From assembly GCA_963801355.1 (NCBI GenBank), contig CAWDEM010000008.1, positions 2,336,001-2,400,000 on the forward strand: a stretch of DNA of 64,000 nt, in the 5' to 3' direction. The notes under the pieces are model-generated. The model searched no databases. It was not told where the DNA came from and saw only the letters and a list, made by a program, of their open reading frames with translations. Shown piece after piece: positions 18,751 to 29,066 of this stretch. Position 1 is the first letter of the stretch. Each line of letters starts with the position of its first letter. Both the position numbers and the translations under genes were made by a program. The DNA is from Ignavibacteriota bacterium (lineage in GTDB: Bacteria; Bacteroidota; Ignavibacteria; UBA10030; UBA6906).

Positions 18751-19276
18751 TCGTCAACGCCTGTCCGGTCACTCTGTAGATGCGGTAGTTCTTGAGCGAT
18801 TGATCGCTCTCCATGCCGTGCCCCATAATGTGCTCTTTCGGAGAAACGATATCGACAAAAGCATCGGTGTGGGTCTTGCGCGTGGCATTGTTCCAGAAGA
18901 GCCGTTCTGTTTTCAGCGTCGTGCCGCTGTCGGAACGAACGGTGACATGCTCGTAGGCTTCCAGATCGTGCGTGAGGTCGTCCACCTTTCCCCGGTGTGC
19001 CGTCAGCTGCGATGTATGATTTCCCCGCTCGTCGTAGAAATCCACCCTGACACTGTCGTCCAGCATGGTGACGTGTTCGGCTGAGTACATGGCGATATGC
19101 CCCGACCAGAGGATCGCCTTCACCTGCGCGGAGTCGCTGAACACGACGGTGCTATTCCAGCTTTCCTGAGACGGAAGGGTTTGTTCTGTCAGCGGCGTCA
19201 CCGAGGGTTTGACTTTTTCCTCGCACCCCGCCAGTGAGAGCAGGAGGAAGGAGACAATGCAGGCCTGAATTCTCAC
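18743..19276 (-). CDS. lptC: LPS export periplasmic protein LptC
   Basis: Lipobox LAGC, VRVDFYD...SQLTA, LKTERLFW and GMESDQ. Located in the kds-lpt operon. Confidence 0.85.
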   Translation of the reverse strand: MRIQACIVSFLLLSLAGCEEKVKPSVTPLTEQTLPSQESWNSTVVFSDSAQVKAILWSGHIAMYSAEHVTMLDDSVRVDFYDERGNHTSQLTAHRGKVDDLTHDLEAYEHVTVRSDSGTTLKTERLFWNNATRKTHTDAFVDIVSPKEHIMGHGMESDQSLKNYRIYRVTGQALTNE

Positions 19277-20268
19277 GCCCCTTCGTCCTCCCCCAGACCG
19301 GCATTGACCAGCTCGTGCAGATGGACGACGCCGACCGGAAGATGGTGTTCATCCACGACGACGATCTGTGTGATCTTGAACTTCTCCATTTCCTGGAGGA
19401 CCAGAACCGCCAGGGATCCGGAACGTGCGGTCTTGGGATTGCGTGTCATTGCCATGCCGGCGGTAATGCCCGTGAAATCGCTCGTACGCTGCAGAAGCCT
19501 CCGCAGATCCCCATCGGTGAGGATTCCCTCGAGTACCCCGTCGTGACGCACGATACAGGTGCAACCCAACCGCTTTGTGGTCATCTCAACGATGGCGTCT
19601 CTCAGGGGGACATCGCTCCGCACGCTCGGAATGGCGTCGCCGGTCACCATCAACTCGTTGACTTTGAGGAGAAGGCGTTTCCCGAGGGTGCCCGCCGGGT
19701 GATACAGCGCAAAATCCTCCGCCCGGAACTGCCTGCGGTCCAGAAGGGCAATGGCAAGTGCGTCACCGAGCACGAGGGCTACGGTGGTGGAGGAGGTCGG
19801 CGCGAGGTCGAGCGGACAGGCTTCTTCATTGACGGATGCATCCAGCGCTACCGTCGCCTCCCGTGCAAGCGTGGACGCAGCCCGCCCCGCGATCGCAATG
19901 ATGGGCACCCCCAGCCGTTTGAACATGGGAATCAGTGTGTTGATCTCATCCGTGTTGCCGCTCTTGGAGATGCAGATCACCACATCATCCGCGCGGACAA
20001 TGCCCAGATCGCCGTGCACCGCATCGGTCGGATGCAGAAAGACCGCCGGCGACCCGGTGGAGTTCATTGTCGCAACAATCTTGCGGGCGATGATGCCCGA
20101 CTTCCCGACACCCGTGATGATGATGCGCCCCTTGCAGGTGAACAGCAAGTTCACCGCACGCGCGAAATTGGCGTCAATCCGCCCCGCAAGCGCCTCCACT
20201 GCGCGGTGCTCGATGCGTACCACCTCCCGTCCCGCGTGGATTGCTTTCTCGTCTTCGGTCATGCTCAT
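19273..20268 (-). CDS. kdsD: Arabinose-5-phosphate isomerase (SIS + CBS domains)
   Basis: GVGKSG, HGDLG, EACPLDLAPTSST, HPAGTLG and GILTDGDLRR. Confidence 0.95.
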   Translation of the reverse strand: MSMTEDEKAIHAGREVVRIEHRAVEALAGRIDANFARAVNLLFTCKGRIIITGVGKSGIIARKIVATMNSTGSPAVFLHPTDAVHGDLGIVRADDVVICISKSGNTDEINTLIPMFKRLGVPIIAIAGRAASTLAREATVALDASVNEEACPLDLAPTSSTTVALVLGDALAIALLDRRQFRAEDFALYHPAGTLGKRLLLKVNELMVTGDAIPSVRSDVPLRDAIVEMTTKRLGCTCIVRHDGVLEGILTDGDLRRLLQRTSDFTGITAGMAMTRNPKTARSGSLAVLVLQEMEKFKITQIVVVDEHHLPVGVVHLHELVNAGLGEDEGA

Positions 20269-20795
20269 TCTTCGTGTGCCGCTCCGCGGTCCCGCTGGGC
20301 GGCCAGAATCAGGTCAATCACTTCGCGCACGGCGCCGTCCCCCCCCTTTACCGTCGTGATGTAATCCACAACTTTTCGCACCTCCGTACGGGCATTCAAG
20401 GGTGCCGCCGAAAATCCGACGGTCTTCAGCAGCGGCATATCAAACAGTTCGTCGCCGACAAAAGCGAACTCGTCATCGGCAAACCGGTATTTTGCCTGCA
20501 GCAAGCGCATTGCGGAGACTTTGTCTTCCGTTCCCTGGATGACATCATCAATGTCCAATACCTTTGCCCGCGCATCGATGATCGGCGTGGCCCGCCCGCT
20601 GATCAGACCCACCTTCAATCCGTGGCGATGGGCCCGCACCACGCCGTACCCGTCATGGGCGTGAAAGCGCTTGAGCTCGACACCGTTGGCGGAATAATAC
20701 AGGCCGCCGTCCGTCAGGACACCATCGACATCAAGGAGCACCATCCGGATACGACGCAGCTTCGCGCGGAGGACGCGCGGATTCTTTGCTACCAT
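20265..20795 (-). CDS. kdsC: KDO 8-phosphate phosphatase
   Basis: LDVDGVLTDG, DGYG, ISGR, FVGD and GGDGAVREV. Confidence 0.95.
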   Translation of the reverse strand: MVAKNPRVLRAKLRRIRMVLLDVDGVLTDGGLYYSANGVELKRFHAHDGYGVVRAHRHGLKVGLISGRATPIIDARAKVLDIDDVIQGTEDKVSAMRLLQAKYRFADDEFAFVGDELFDMPLLKTVGFSAAPLNARTEVRKVVDYITTVKGGDGAVREVIDLILAAQRDRGAAHEE

Positions 20796-21610
20796 TGGGA
20801 TGCCAGACGATTGATTGCGGTGACCTGCCGGAGGAGCGCATCCAGCAGATCAAGCCGGAGCTGGCTTGCCGCATCGCTGAGCGCATGAGGCGGATCGGGA
20901 TGCACTTCGACGAAGAGACCGTCACATCCGGCGGCAACCCCCGCCCGGGCAATGGGAAAAATGAACTCCGGCTGACCGCCCGACCGCTGCGCGGCCGCAT
21001 CGGCACCGGGGAGTTGCACGGAGTGCGTGGCGTCAAGGACGACCGGACACCCCAGCGACCGCATGATCGGCAGCGATCGCATGTCCACGACGAGATTGTG
21101 ATAGCCGAACGTTGTGCCGCGCTCCGTCAGCACAACACGCGTGTTGCCCGTGGCACGCACCTTGTCGGCCGCGAACCCCATCTCCTCCGGCGCAAGGAAT
21201 TGCCCCTTCTTGATGTTCACCGCCTTCCCCGTCCGTCCCGCCGCCTGAAGGAGATCCGTTTGCCGGCAGAGGAATGCGGGGATTTGCAGCACATCGGCAA
21301 CTTCGGCAGCGGGCACAACCTCCGCTTCCGCATGAATGTCGGTGAGCACCGGCAGCGCGAGTTCCCGCCTCACTTCAGCCAGGATCTTCAACGCTTCATC
21401 CATACCCACGCCGGTGAATGATCCCCCGCTCGTCCGGTTGGCCTTCCTGTACGATGCCTTGAACACAACGGGTATGGAGTGCCGCGCCGCCAGAGAGCGG
21501 ACAGTCTCGGCAATCCGGAGTGTGATGTCGCGCCCCTCAACAACGCAGGGACCTGCGATCAATACCAGAGGAGATCCTGAGCCAATGCGTACGCCCGGTG
21601 CCAGATCCAT
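20789..21610 (-). CDS. kdsA: KDO 8-phosphate synthase
   Basis: IAGPCVVE, KASYRKANRTS, QIPAFLCRQTDL and DATHSVQ. Start 21610 was chosen because the upstream ATG falls inside the predicted -10 box. Confidence 0.96.
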   Translation of the reverse strand: MDLAPGVRIGSGSPLVLIAGPCVVEGRDITLRIAETVRSLAARHSIPVVFKASYRKANRTSGGSFTGVGMDEALKILAEVRRELALPVLTDIHAEAEVVPAAEVADVLQIPAFLCRQTDLLQAAGRTGKAVNIKKGQFLAPEEMGFAADKVRATGNTRVVLTERGTTFGYHNLVVDMRSLPIMRSLGCPVVLDATHSVQLPGADAAAQRSGGQPEFIFPIARAGVAAGCDGLFVEVHPDPPHALSDAASQLRLDLLDALLRQVTAINRLASQW

Positions 21611-21647
21611 GAGCTTGCGGGAGACCCTGTTGATGAAATATCCATCC

Positions 21648-21676
21648 ATGGTACAAAAATTCGATGCAACAGTCAA
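21648..21676 (-). promoter_or_regulatory. Sigma70-type promoter of the kds-lpt operon
   Basis: TTGACT-N17-TACCAT on the minus strand. Confidence 0.65.
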
Positions 21677-21724
21677 AGACGGTGTTTTTGTCGTCATTTT
21701 TCAGTATTCTGCTTCCATTCTTCC

Positions 21725-22567
21725 ATGATGCTCGCCCACGCAAAAATCAATCTCGGTCTGTATGTCGTCGCGCGCAGGCCTGACGGCTATCACGAGATCG
21801 AGACGGTGTTCTGCCGCATCGGGACGGCCGACCGCCTCACGTTTTCCGAAGCCCCCGACATCCGGGTAACCGCTTCATCGCAGGAGGTCCCGGAGGACGA
21901 ACAGAATATTTGCTACAAGGCTGCGCGAATGCTGCGGGACCACCTCGGCACGAAAGACGGTGTTCATATCCACATCGAGAAAAATGTCCCGGTCGGGGCA
22001 GGGCTTGGCGGGGGCAGCGCAGATGCCGCCCTCGTGCTCAATGCACTGCCGCGATTATGGCATAGAGAGATCGGGTCCGCCGACCGGGCGCGACTCGCCC
22101 TGGCACTGGGATCCGACGTGCCCTATTTTCTCTCCCCGGGAGCCGCGCTCGGCCGCGGCCGGGGTGAACGGCTGGAATATTTCCCCCTGGATATACCATT
22201 TTCCATCCTGCTGTGCTACCCGGCTATCCACATCCCCACCGCCTGGGCATACGGCCGGATCACTCCGGGGTCAACAGGGAAACCCGAAGATCTCCGCCTG
22301 GTGGTTACGGAGGGCATGCGCAATCCCGGGATCCTCCGGCAGGAGCTCCGTAATGATTTTGAAACGATAGTGTTCGAGACATACCCGGCAGTGCGACGCC
22401 TGAAAGAACTCATGCTGGAACGGGGCGCAGCCTTCGCGTTGATGTCAGGAAGCGGTTCGACGGTATTCGGACTCTTTGCCGATGCCCCTGCGGCCGCGGA
22501 TTTATCACGGGAATTGGGCGGCCGCGGTTACAGGGCATTCGTCACAGCACCGCACTTCACGGCCTGA
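21725..22567 (+). CDS. ispE: 4-diphosphocytidyl-2-C-methyl-D-erythritol kinase
   Basis: AKINLGL, DGYHEIET, KNVPVGAGLGGGSADAA, GSDVPYF and MSGSGST. Confidence 0.97.
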   Translation: MMLAHAKINLGLYVVARRPDGYHEIETVFCRIGTADRLTFSEAPDIRVTASSQEVPEDEQNICYKAARMLRDHLGTKDGVHIHIEKNVPVGAGLGGGSADAALVLNALPRLWHREIGSADRARLALALGSDVPYFLSPGAALGRGRGERLEYFPLDIPFSILLCYPAIHIPTAWAYGRITPGSTGKPEDLRLVVTEGMRNPGILRQELRNDFETIVFETYPAVRRLKELMLERGAAFALMSGSGSTVFGLFADAPAAADLSRELGGRGYRAFVTAPHFTA

Positions 22568-22578
22568 GGCATTGCTGC

Positions 22579-24636
22579 ATGACAGGTGCATGCCAACGAT
22601 GGAGCGTTCTGGTTCTTCTCGCCGTGGTCGCGGGCTCTCCGCTCCGCGCCCAGGAGCGCCCTCGCCCGTTCCCACACACGGAGAGGTATGAAGCGAAAAG
22701 CGACACCGCACGGCCGATTCCGGCGGACTCCGGTCAATATCTTCAGGCGGACACAACGGCCCGCCCTGTGCCGGACAGCCTGACACACTATTTCCTCCCC
22801 TCACTCCCCGGATCGCTGGACCGCTGCATGGACTCCCTCGACGTCGTCGGAGCTGGTGCAATGGAGTGGATATCCGCAAGGACAATGAATCAGATCCTTT
22901 CCTCCCGGCCGGGTGTGTTCGGAAGTGATCCCTCGAGCGTGGGCCAATACTTCCCTCTGACCATCCGTGGGGCGGGATGGCGATCGTATGCGGTGCTCGT
23001 AGATGGCCGCCCTGTTGCGGATCCCGCATCCGGGACCTACAACCTTTCGCTTTTTCCGCAGGATATGGCCGAAAGGATCGAGGTCGTGACCGGCCCGCGG
23101 AGTTTCCTCTACGCCATGGGCGGTGCCGGCGGAACGGTCAACATCGTGACACATACCGCTTCACACCGTATCCCGTCCACGAAGATTCGCTACGAAGAAG
23201 CGGCGTACAATCATGCGTACTCCGACGGCTCCTTCAATCAGAACCTGACTCGCCGCAGCAATCTCTCCTTCGGCTATCAGTACATCGGTACTGACGGACG
23301 CTACCTCAACAGCCCGCACGAACAGTGGAATTTCCGCGGTGCGCTGCGGTATCATCTTTTGCCGCGGGTGAGCGTGGTCCTCAGCGATCATTATGCACAG
23401 ACGCAGACGGGGCTCAACGGCGGCATCAACTATCTGAAAACGGGATTCACCTACTCCTTTGAGCGGGAATTCGCCACCGTCTTCAGCGCCGCGACATACG
23501 AAAAACTCACGAGGCACGACCTGGACCTGCGACTCGTCGGAATATTCCTCCCGGACAGCACGGATCTCACGACCCTCGCCATGTATTATTCAAGCAACCT
23601 CCGCGAGTTTCGCGGCGGAGAAATCACCGGTGCACCCTCTCTCCTCCAGGACCATCGCAGCTCTTGGTTCGGCGTGCGGGCACAGCAATCAGCATCACTG
23701 GGCATCCACCGCCTCTCGGGAGGATTCACCGCTGAAGTCCGTCAGGTGGAAGGGAGCCCTGCCCTCGGCCGGTTGAAGAATCCCCTCTGGTCGGCATGGG
23801 CGATGGATGAAGTCGACATCACATCCGATCTGCGCGTCGCAGCATATGCCCGATCCGAGATCTTCCGTGGAGAGCATGTCGCGGGATATGGGGCGGATGT
23901 GTCGGTGGATCTGGGGGGCGGCCTCACCTTCCGGGGCGGGGGTTCCCTTGCCCAACGTGCGCCGACGTCTCCGGAACTCTTCTGGTCAGATAGCACGCTC
24001 GTTAGGGAGAATGGGATCACGACTGAAAAGCACCGGCTTCTGGAGGGTGGCGTGGAATGGACGAGCCCGGACCGTGGCACACTCCGCCTCATGGTTGCGC
24101 ACCGCACGATCACAAACCCGATCCTCACCATGCCCTATGACGGCGGCAGCGCTCCTTTTCCCGGCGTGCTGTTGCTGAATGGCCACGACCGGGTCTCGAC
24201 ACTCACGGCCGAATTGTCTGTGCAACTCCGCTTCTTCCGCTACATCACGATTGAAGGAAACGGAACCTATATGTTCCGGCAGGGTGCAGGTGTTTCCACC
24301 ATGGACTATCCGCGGTTCTGGGGGGATGGCGGTATCTATCTGGCCGGGACATTCCTCAGCGAGCAGCTCGATATGAAGGCGGGCGTACACAGCCGCATCG
24401 CGACGCGGCATAACGGGTTCCTGGTCTCCCCCCCGTCACTCTTTACGGTGCCCAACACTCTTACGCCTCTGGGCATGGGGTCGACACTCGATCTTGTCGC
24501 GGTCGCTCACATCAGTTCTGCTTACGTGCATGTCCTCTGGGAAAATGTCACAAACACGGAATATTTCACGAGTCCGTTCACGCCTGCGCTGGACCGGGCA
24601 TTGCGGTTTGGAATTTCATGGGAGTTCTTGAACTAG
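22579..24636 (+). CDS. Outer-membrane protein with TonB-dependent plug domain (putative porin)
   Basis: Signal peptide, plug motifs IRG, VLVDGRP and ERIEVVTGP...GGTVNIVT, and a C-terminal strand RFGISWEFLN. Confidence 0.8.
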   Translation: MTGACQRWSVLVLLAVVAGSPLRAQERPRPFPHTERYEAKSDTARPIPADSGQYLQADTTARPVPDSLTHYFLPSLPGSLDRCMDSLDVVGAGAMEWISARTMNQILSSRPGVFGSDPSSVGQYFPLTIRGAGWRSYAVLVDGRPVADPASGTYNLSLFPQDMAERIEVVTGPRSFLYAMGGAGGTVNIVTHTASHRIPSTKIRYEEAAYNHAYSDGSFNQNLTRRSNLSFGYQYIGTDGRYLNSPHEQWNFRGALRYHLLPRVSVVLSDHYAQTQTGLNGGINYLKTGFTYSFEREFATVFSAATYEKLTRHDLDLRLVGIFLPDSTDLTTLAMYYSSNLREFRGGEITGAPSLLQDHRSSWFGVRAQQSASLGIHRLSGGFTAEVRQVEGSPALGRLKNPLWSAWAMDEVDITSDLRVAAYARSEIFRGEHVAGYGADVSVDLGGGLTFRGGGSLAQRAPTSPELFWSDSTLVRENGITTEKHRLLEGGVEWTSPDRGTLRLMVAHRTITNPILTMPYDGGSAPFPGVLLLNGHDRVSTLTAELSVQLRFFRYITIEGNGTYMFRQGAGVSTMDYPRFWGDGGIYLAGTFLSEQLDMKAGVHSRIATRHNGFLVSPPSLFTVPNTLTPLGMGSTLDLVAVAHISSAYVHVLWENVTNTEYFTSPFTPALDRALRFGISWEFLN

Positions 24637-24651
24637 CAGGGAGGGACACTC

Positions 24652-25134
24652 ATGGATACCCAGCTCACGCTCTTGCTGCATATGCTGGATGATGCGTACA
24701 ATCACAGAGCCTGGCACGGGCCTAATCTCCGGGGCTCGTTGCGCGGTTTGTCGGCCGACCAGGCGTCATGGCGGCCGGCGGAAACACGGCACAATATCTG
24801 GGAGATCACCGTCCATTGCGCCTACTGGAAGTACGCTGTACGGCGGAGGATACTCGGTTTGAAACGGGGATCGTTTCCGCTGGATGGCAGCAACTGGTTC
24901 CCGCGGCTCGATAACCTGACCGCCGACCGCTGGAAGAGCGACCTCCGTTTGCTCGATCAGGAGCATCACCTTCTGCGCGAAGTGATCGTGAAACTCCCTG
25001 CAACGCGGTTGAAACAGCGCTCGCCCGGCAGCGCGGTGCGCATCGACCACTTGATCTGCGGCGTGGCCGCCCATGATGTCTACCATGCGGGACAGATACA
25101 GCTGGTGCGGAAGCTGCAGCAGGGACAGCCCTGA
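24652..25134 (+). CDS. DinB-family protein
   Basis: AWHGP, HNIWEITVHCAYWK and HDVYHAGQI metal-binding His triad. GGAGG RBS. Confidence 0.88.
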   Translation: MDTQLTLLLHMLDDAYNHRAWHGPNLRGSLRGLSADQASWRPAETRHNIWEITVHCAYWKYAVRRRILGLKRGSFPLDGSNWFPRLDNLTADRWKSDLRLLDQEHHLLREVIVKLPATRLKQRSPGSAVRIDHLICGVAAHDVYHAGQIQLVRKLQQGQP

Positions 25135-25141
25135 ACGGCTG

Positions 25142-26257
25142 TCAATCTCCTGCAATCCGCCTTTCGAGGAGTGCGAGCGTCCGGTCCGCGGCGGCATCCC
25201 ACGTGAACTCCTGGGCCCATCTGATCGCGTTGTGGGCGAGCCGCGCGCGTAGTGGCCCATCTTTGAGGAGGGCAATGATGGTGTTCGAAAGCCGCCGAAT
25301 ATCGCCGTACGGATAGAGGAGTCCGGTCTCGTTGTCCACCACGGCATCCCTTAATCCGGGCACGTCACTGGCAATGACGGGCGTACCGCATGCGTTGGCT
25401 TCAGTGACCGTGAGACCCCATCCTTCTTTTGCCGATGTCGCAACTTTGAACCACATTTCCTGCAGCAGCTCCACCTTCCGCTGTTCGGAAATGAACCCCG
25501 TGAATTCCACCACCTGTGTGACACCAACCACCCGGGCGACCTGCTCCAGGCGCGGGCGGTCATCGCCGTCGCCGGCAATTACCACTCTGATCGATGGAAA
25601 TTCTTTCATGACAGCAGGCAGCGCATGGAGAAGATGATCAATGCTTTTGTACTTCTTCAACCTTCCGAAGTACCCGATCAGCGGTACCGGACTCTTTGTG
25701 ATGCCGGTCTGACGGTGGACGGTGTGATCGACCGCATAGTTGACCAGCGCAACCCGTTCCGGCCGGAAATGCCGCTCCATGAGCTCGCGGTACGTGCTCG
25801 GTGACCCCACGATAAACGGGATTCCTTTCCTGCGGTAGTACCGGATGGCAGCCTGTTCAGTGAGGAAGACATATGCGCCGAGGACGGGATTAATTTCGTG
25901 GAAGACGCTTGTGCCGAACAGGTGGTGTGTCACTGCGTACAGCGGTTCCCGGACGAAGAGGGGGGTGAAGAAAGGAATCTTGTTCATATCGTCGACGACG
26001 ATATCGAACTTTTGCTTGCTGAATCGGGAGAAGTATCCGAAGGGAACGCGGAAATTGAACAGCTGCCGTCCGCCCTCGCGGCAGATATTGATACCTCCCA
26101 CGTTTTCGAAGGACGCGGCGCCTGGAAACCGGGAGCAGTAGAGCGTCACCTCGTGGCCCCTTGACGCGATCCGGGAGAACACCTCATGGAGGTGGACCTC
26201 CGCCCCGCCGGCCAACGGGTTTTTCAGATCCTGCCAATTGATGACAAGAATGCGCAC
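25142..26257 (-). CDS. Glycosyltransferase family 4
   Basis: GGAE motif, GRLKKYK and EGWGLTVTEANACGTPVIASDVPG (EX7E). Confidence 0.92.
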   Translation of the reverse strand: MRILVINWQDLKNPLAGGAEVHLHEVFSRIASRGHEVTLYCSRFPGAASFENVGGINICREGGRQLFNFRVPFGYFSRFSKQKFDIVVDDMNKIPFFTPLFVREPLYAVTHHLFGTSVFHEINPVLGAYVFLTEQAAIRYYRRKGIPFIVGSPSTYRELMERHFRPERVALVNYAVDHTVHRQTGITKSPVPLIGYFGRLKKYKSIDHLLHALPAVMKEFPSIRVVIAGDGDDRPRLEQVARVVGVTQVVEFTGFISEQRKVELLQEMWFKVATSAKEGWGLTVTEANACGTPVIASDVPGLRDAVVDNETGLLYPYGDIRRLSNTIIALLKDGPLRARLAHNAIRWAQEFTWDAAADRTLALLERRIAGD

Positions 26258-26292
26258 GGAAATCCTTCTGCCGCGTGGCTCAACGACAACCG

Positions 26293-29010
26293 CTAGGGTG
26301 TCCTGGAGGCCGGCGACGGTGACGCGCTGTCGGCAGGCCGCCCTGGCTGCACTGCGACCTGCTGCCTGAGCTGCTCGATGCGTGCTTTCAAGCCTGCATC
26401 GTCTGGGTAGTCCCGTTGCAGCATCGTGAGCAGATCAAGTGACTTCTTGTATTCCTGCCGGATGTCATAGATATCGAGCAATACACGGTACGGATTGTAG
26501 TAGCTCTGCATGTTGGCCTGGCCGTTGTCGATCAGCTGCCGGGCAGTGGTCTCGAGCTCGTTCGCGTACTCGTTGAATTTGTCCGTGCGCCCGAAACGAT
26601 GATAGACGTTGGCAATATCCGACATCAGCTCCCATGCCATGGGAATTTTCGAGCGCGGGATGAGCTGTTCCATCCGGTCGAGGATCTCTATGCCCTTTGC
26701 CGGTTTGGGTTCGACGTTCATGTAGTACATGGCCAGCCGTATGAATGCCGAACGGTAATTCAGCATCAAGCGGGTAGTGTTTTCATCGTAAAGGACACGG
26801 GGATCATTGATGCCACGGAACCTGTAGCCGGACTGTGGTCCGGTGGACGGCTTGTCCGGCTCGTTCATGAGATTCGCCTCGAGCACTTCACGATTCACCC
26901 CCAGGTCTTCGCGGTTGATCTTGCGCGGCTCGAGACGCCACACAAGTCCCTGGAACCAGAGGTATTCGTCAAGACCGATCTTGCTGTCGGGGGAGCAGGT
27001 GACCGCAAAGCAGATCGGGCGTTTCCATTGGTTTGTATAGAGAATGTCACGCACCATGATGTCCTGAATCCGAATCGCACGTGCCCCGCCCACTTCGAGC
27101 GTATGTCGCATCACAAAGCTGATTTTGCCGGTGCGCATCACACTCGTGTCGGGAGGGCCGTATTTCGTCATCGCTTCGGGCGGAACGGGAACGTCCAGCG
27201 TACGTGTCTCCCAGATCACCGGCTGCAGATTATCGATGGCTTTGTCCGTATAACTGATGGGGACGGGCTTGGCATCTTTGAAATACGGCACCGCCTTCAT
27301 CTGCTTGATGTACCAGTTGGTATTCACCAGACTCAAGTTCACGACACGGACGTCACGCCGCACACCCTCCACATCCTGCAAGTACCAGAGCGGAAAAGTG
27401 TCATTGTCGCCGTTGGTGAAGAGAATCGCGTCTCTGTCGCAACTCTGCAGCATGTTGTAGGAGTAGTCCCATGCCACGTAGTTGCCGGAACGATCGTGTT
27501 CGTGATAGCTCACCTGCAGCAACCTGCCGGGCACGGCAAGGGCAAACACGCCGAGGAGCCCCACCGTCAACCCTGTTTCGAGTCCGGCCTGTTTTCTGAG
27601 CCGCTTCACAAGATCCATCAGCGCCACGGTGCCGATGGAGATCCAGACGGCAAAGACAAAGTATGCGCCGACATAGAAGTAGTCACGCTCGCGCGGCTGC
27701 GGTTCCTGCTGGTTCTGATACAGTGCGAGGATGGGACCGAGAGCAACGAAGGTCACCACCAGCACGAGGGCCATCTTCTTGTCTTTGCGGAAATGGTAGA
27801 ACAGGCCGATCAATCCCACGATGAAGGGAATCCCCAGCGTCTGCTTCGCGCTCACCCCGGAGTCCTGTTCCGATCCGGCGGAACCGATGAAGTTCCACCC
27901 CACATAGCGGAAAAACATGTGACCCAGCTGATAGCGCAACATATAGTCGATATCGCTGCTGTAGTTCTTGTAAATCCCCATCTGATGGGGTTCCTGCGAC
28001 CACCGCCGCGGCATAAACAATGGTGAGTTGCCGTACTGTTCACGGCCCAGATAGGAGGTCAACTGCGCGAGATTCCGCGGGTCGTTCTCGTTCATCGGGG
28101 GATTGGCATTGGACCGGATGAGCACCGACACGTACGTGGTATAGCCGAGAACAATCAGAAGAATTGACAGCAGGGCGATGTGCAGCATCTTCTGCTTCTT
28201 CTGGTAGGAGGTGTATGCACCGTAGCACACCGCCGCCAACGTCAACCAGGGGAGCCAGGCGACCAGGGTGCTCTTCTTGCCCGCGAATTCGCCATCCATC
28301 ATACCGGGGAGCCACTTCACGATGCCCGGGTAGACGACGAAAAAGACAACGACAGAGACAATCCCGAAGCGGATAAATGTGGATGAATTGATCTCGTACT
28401 TGCGGAAATAAATGATCATCAGGACGGGGAAAATCGCCAGCAGCGCCAGGAGGTGGACCCCGAGGGAGAGGCCGATCAGATATGCGATCAAGAGGACATA
28501 TTTCTCGTTACCATCTTCGTCGGCGCGGTCGATCCATCGCATGGCCAGCCAGAGGATCGACGTGAAAAAGAACATACTGGCACCGTACACTTCGGCTTCA
28601 ATGGAGTTGTCCCAGTACGTCGGGATAAACGCAAGTGCCAGCGCGCCAATCGCCGCCGCGCCATGTACGGTCAGACGATCGACAAAAGACTCCGGGATGC
28701 CGCGCCAGTTGGTGATGATGCGCACGACAATCAGATATGTGAAGACGATGGCAATCGCGCTCAGCAGGGCGGAGAACGCATGCGCGCGCACGGCCTGGTC
28801 GGCTGAGACCGGCAGCATCATCGCCACACGGGTCGTCAGGAGGAATAAGGGGGAACCCGGAGGATGAGGCACCTGAAGCATTTTCGCGGCCGCTATGAAC
28901 TCACCGACGTCCCAGAAAACCACTGTGGGCGCAAGGGTGGCAAGATAGACACCAAAAGAGATCACAAACACGAGTGCGGCAATGATGCGGTTGAGCTTGA
29001 AGTCAGCCAT
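26293..29010 (-). CDS. DUF2723 / TMEM260-like multi-pass membrane GT-C protein with TPR-like C-terminus
   Basis: LAPTVVFWDVGEF, HPPG, EAEVY, PRERDYFY and FTNGDNDTFPLWYLQ. Many TM helices and a helical C-terminus. Confidence 0.88.
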   Translation of the reverse strand: MADFKLNRIIAALVFVISFGVYLATLAPTVVFWDVGEFIAAAKMLQVPHPPGSPLFLLTTRVAMMLPVSADQAVRAHAFSALLSAIAIVFTYLIVVRIITNWRGIPESFVDRLTVHGAAAIGALALAFIPTYWDNSIEAEVYGASMFFFTSILWLAMRWIDRADEDGNEKYVLLIAYLIGLSLGVHLLALLAIFPVLMIIYFRKYEINSSTFIRFGIVSVVVFFVVYPGIVKWLPGMMDGEFAGKKSTLVAWLPWLTLAAVCYGAYTSYQKKQKMLHIALLSILLIVLGYTTYVSVLIRSNANPPMNENDPRNLAQLTSYLGREQYGNSPLFMPRRWSQEPHQMGIYKNYSSDIDYMLRYQLGHMFFRYVGWNFIGSAGSEQDSGVSAKQTLGIPFIVGLIGLFYHFRKDKKMALVLVVTFVALGPILALYQNQQEPQPRERDYFYVGAYFVFAVWISIGTVALMDLVKRLRKQAGLETGLTVGLLGVFALAVPGRLLQVSYHEHDRSGNYVAWDYSYNMLQSCDRDAILFTNGDNDTFPLWYLQDVEGVRRDVRVVNLSLVNTNWYIKQMKAVPYFKDAKPVPISYTDKAIDNLQPVIWETRTLDVPVPPEAMTKYGPPDTSVMRTGKISFVMRHTLEVGGARAIRIQDIMVRDILYTNQWKRPICFAVTCSPDSKIGLDEYLWFQGLVWRLEPRKINREDLGVNREVLEANLMNEPDKPSTGPQSGYRFRGINDPRVLYDENTTRLMLNYRSAFIRLAMYYMNVEPKPAKGIEILDRMEQLIPRSKIPMAWELMSDIANVYHRFGRTDKFNEYANELETTARQLIDNGQANMQSYYNPYRVLLDIYDIRQEYKKSLDLLTMLQRDYPDDAGLKARIEQLRQQVAVQPGRPADSASPSPASRTP

Positions 29011-29066
29011 GGACGATCGTGCCTTTGCTGTGCATTTCGCGGGATATGCAAATCATGTGAATAAGT

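Noticed and set aside
19234-20364. 376-aa plus-strand ORF
   Set aside because: Antisense to the well-supported kdsD and kdsC genes, and Arg/His-rich as typical of shadow frames.
26599-28026. 475-aa plus-strand ORF
   Set aside because: Antisense shadow of the DUF2723 gene with no protein motifs.
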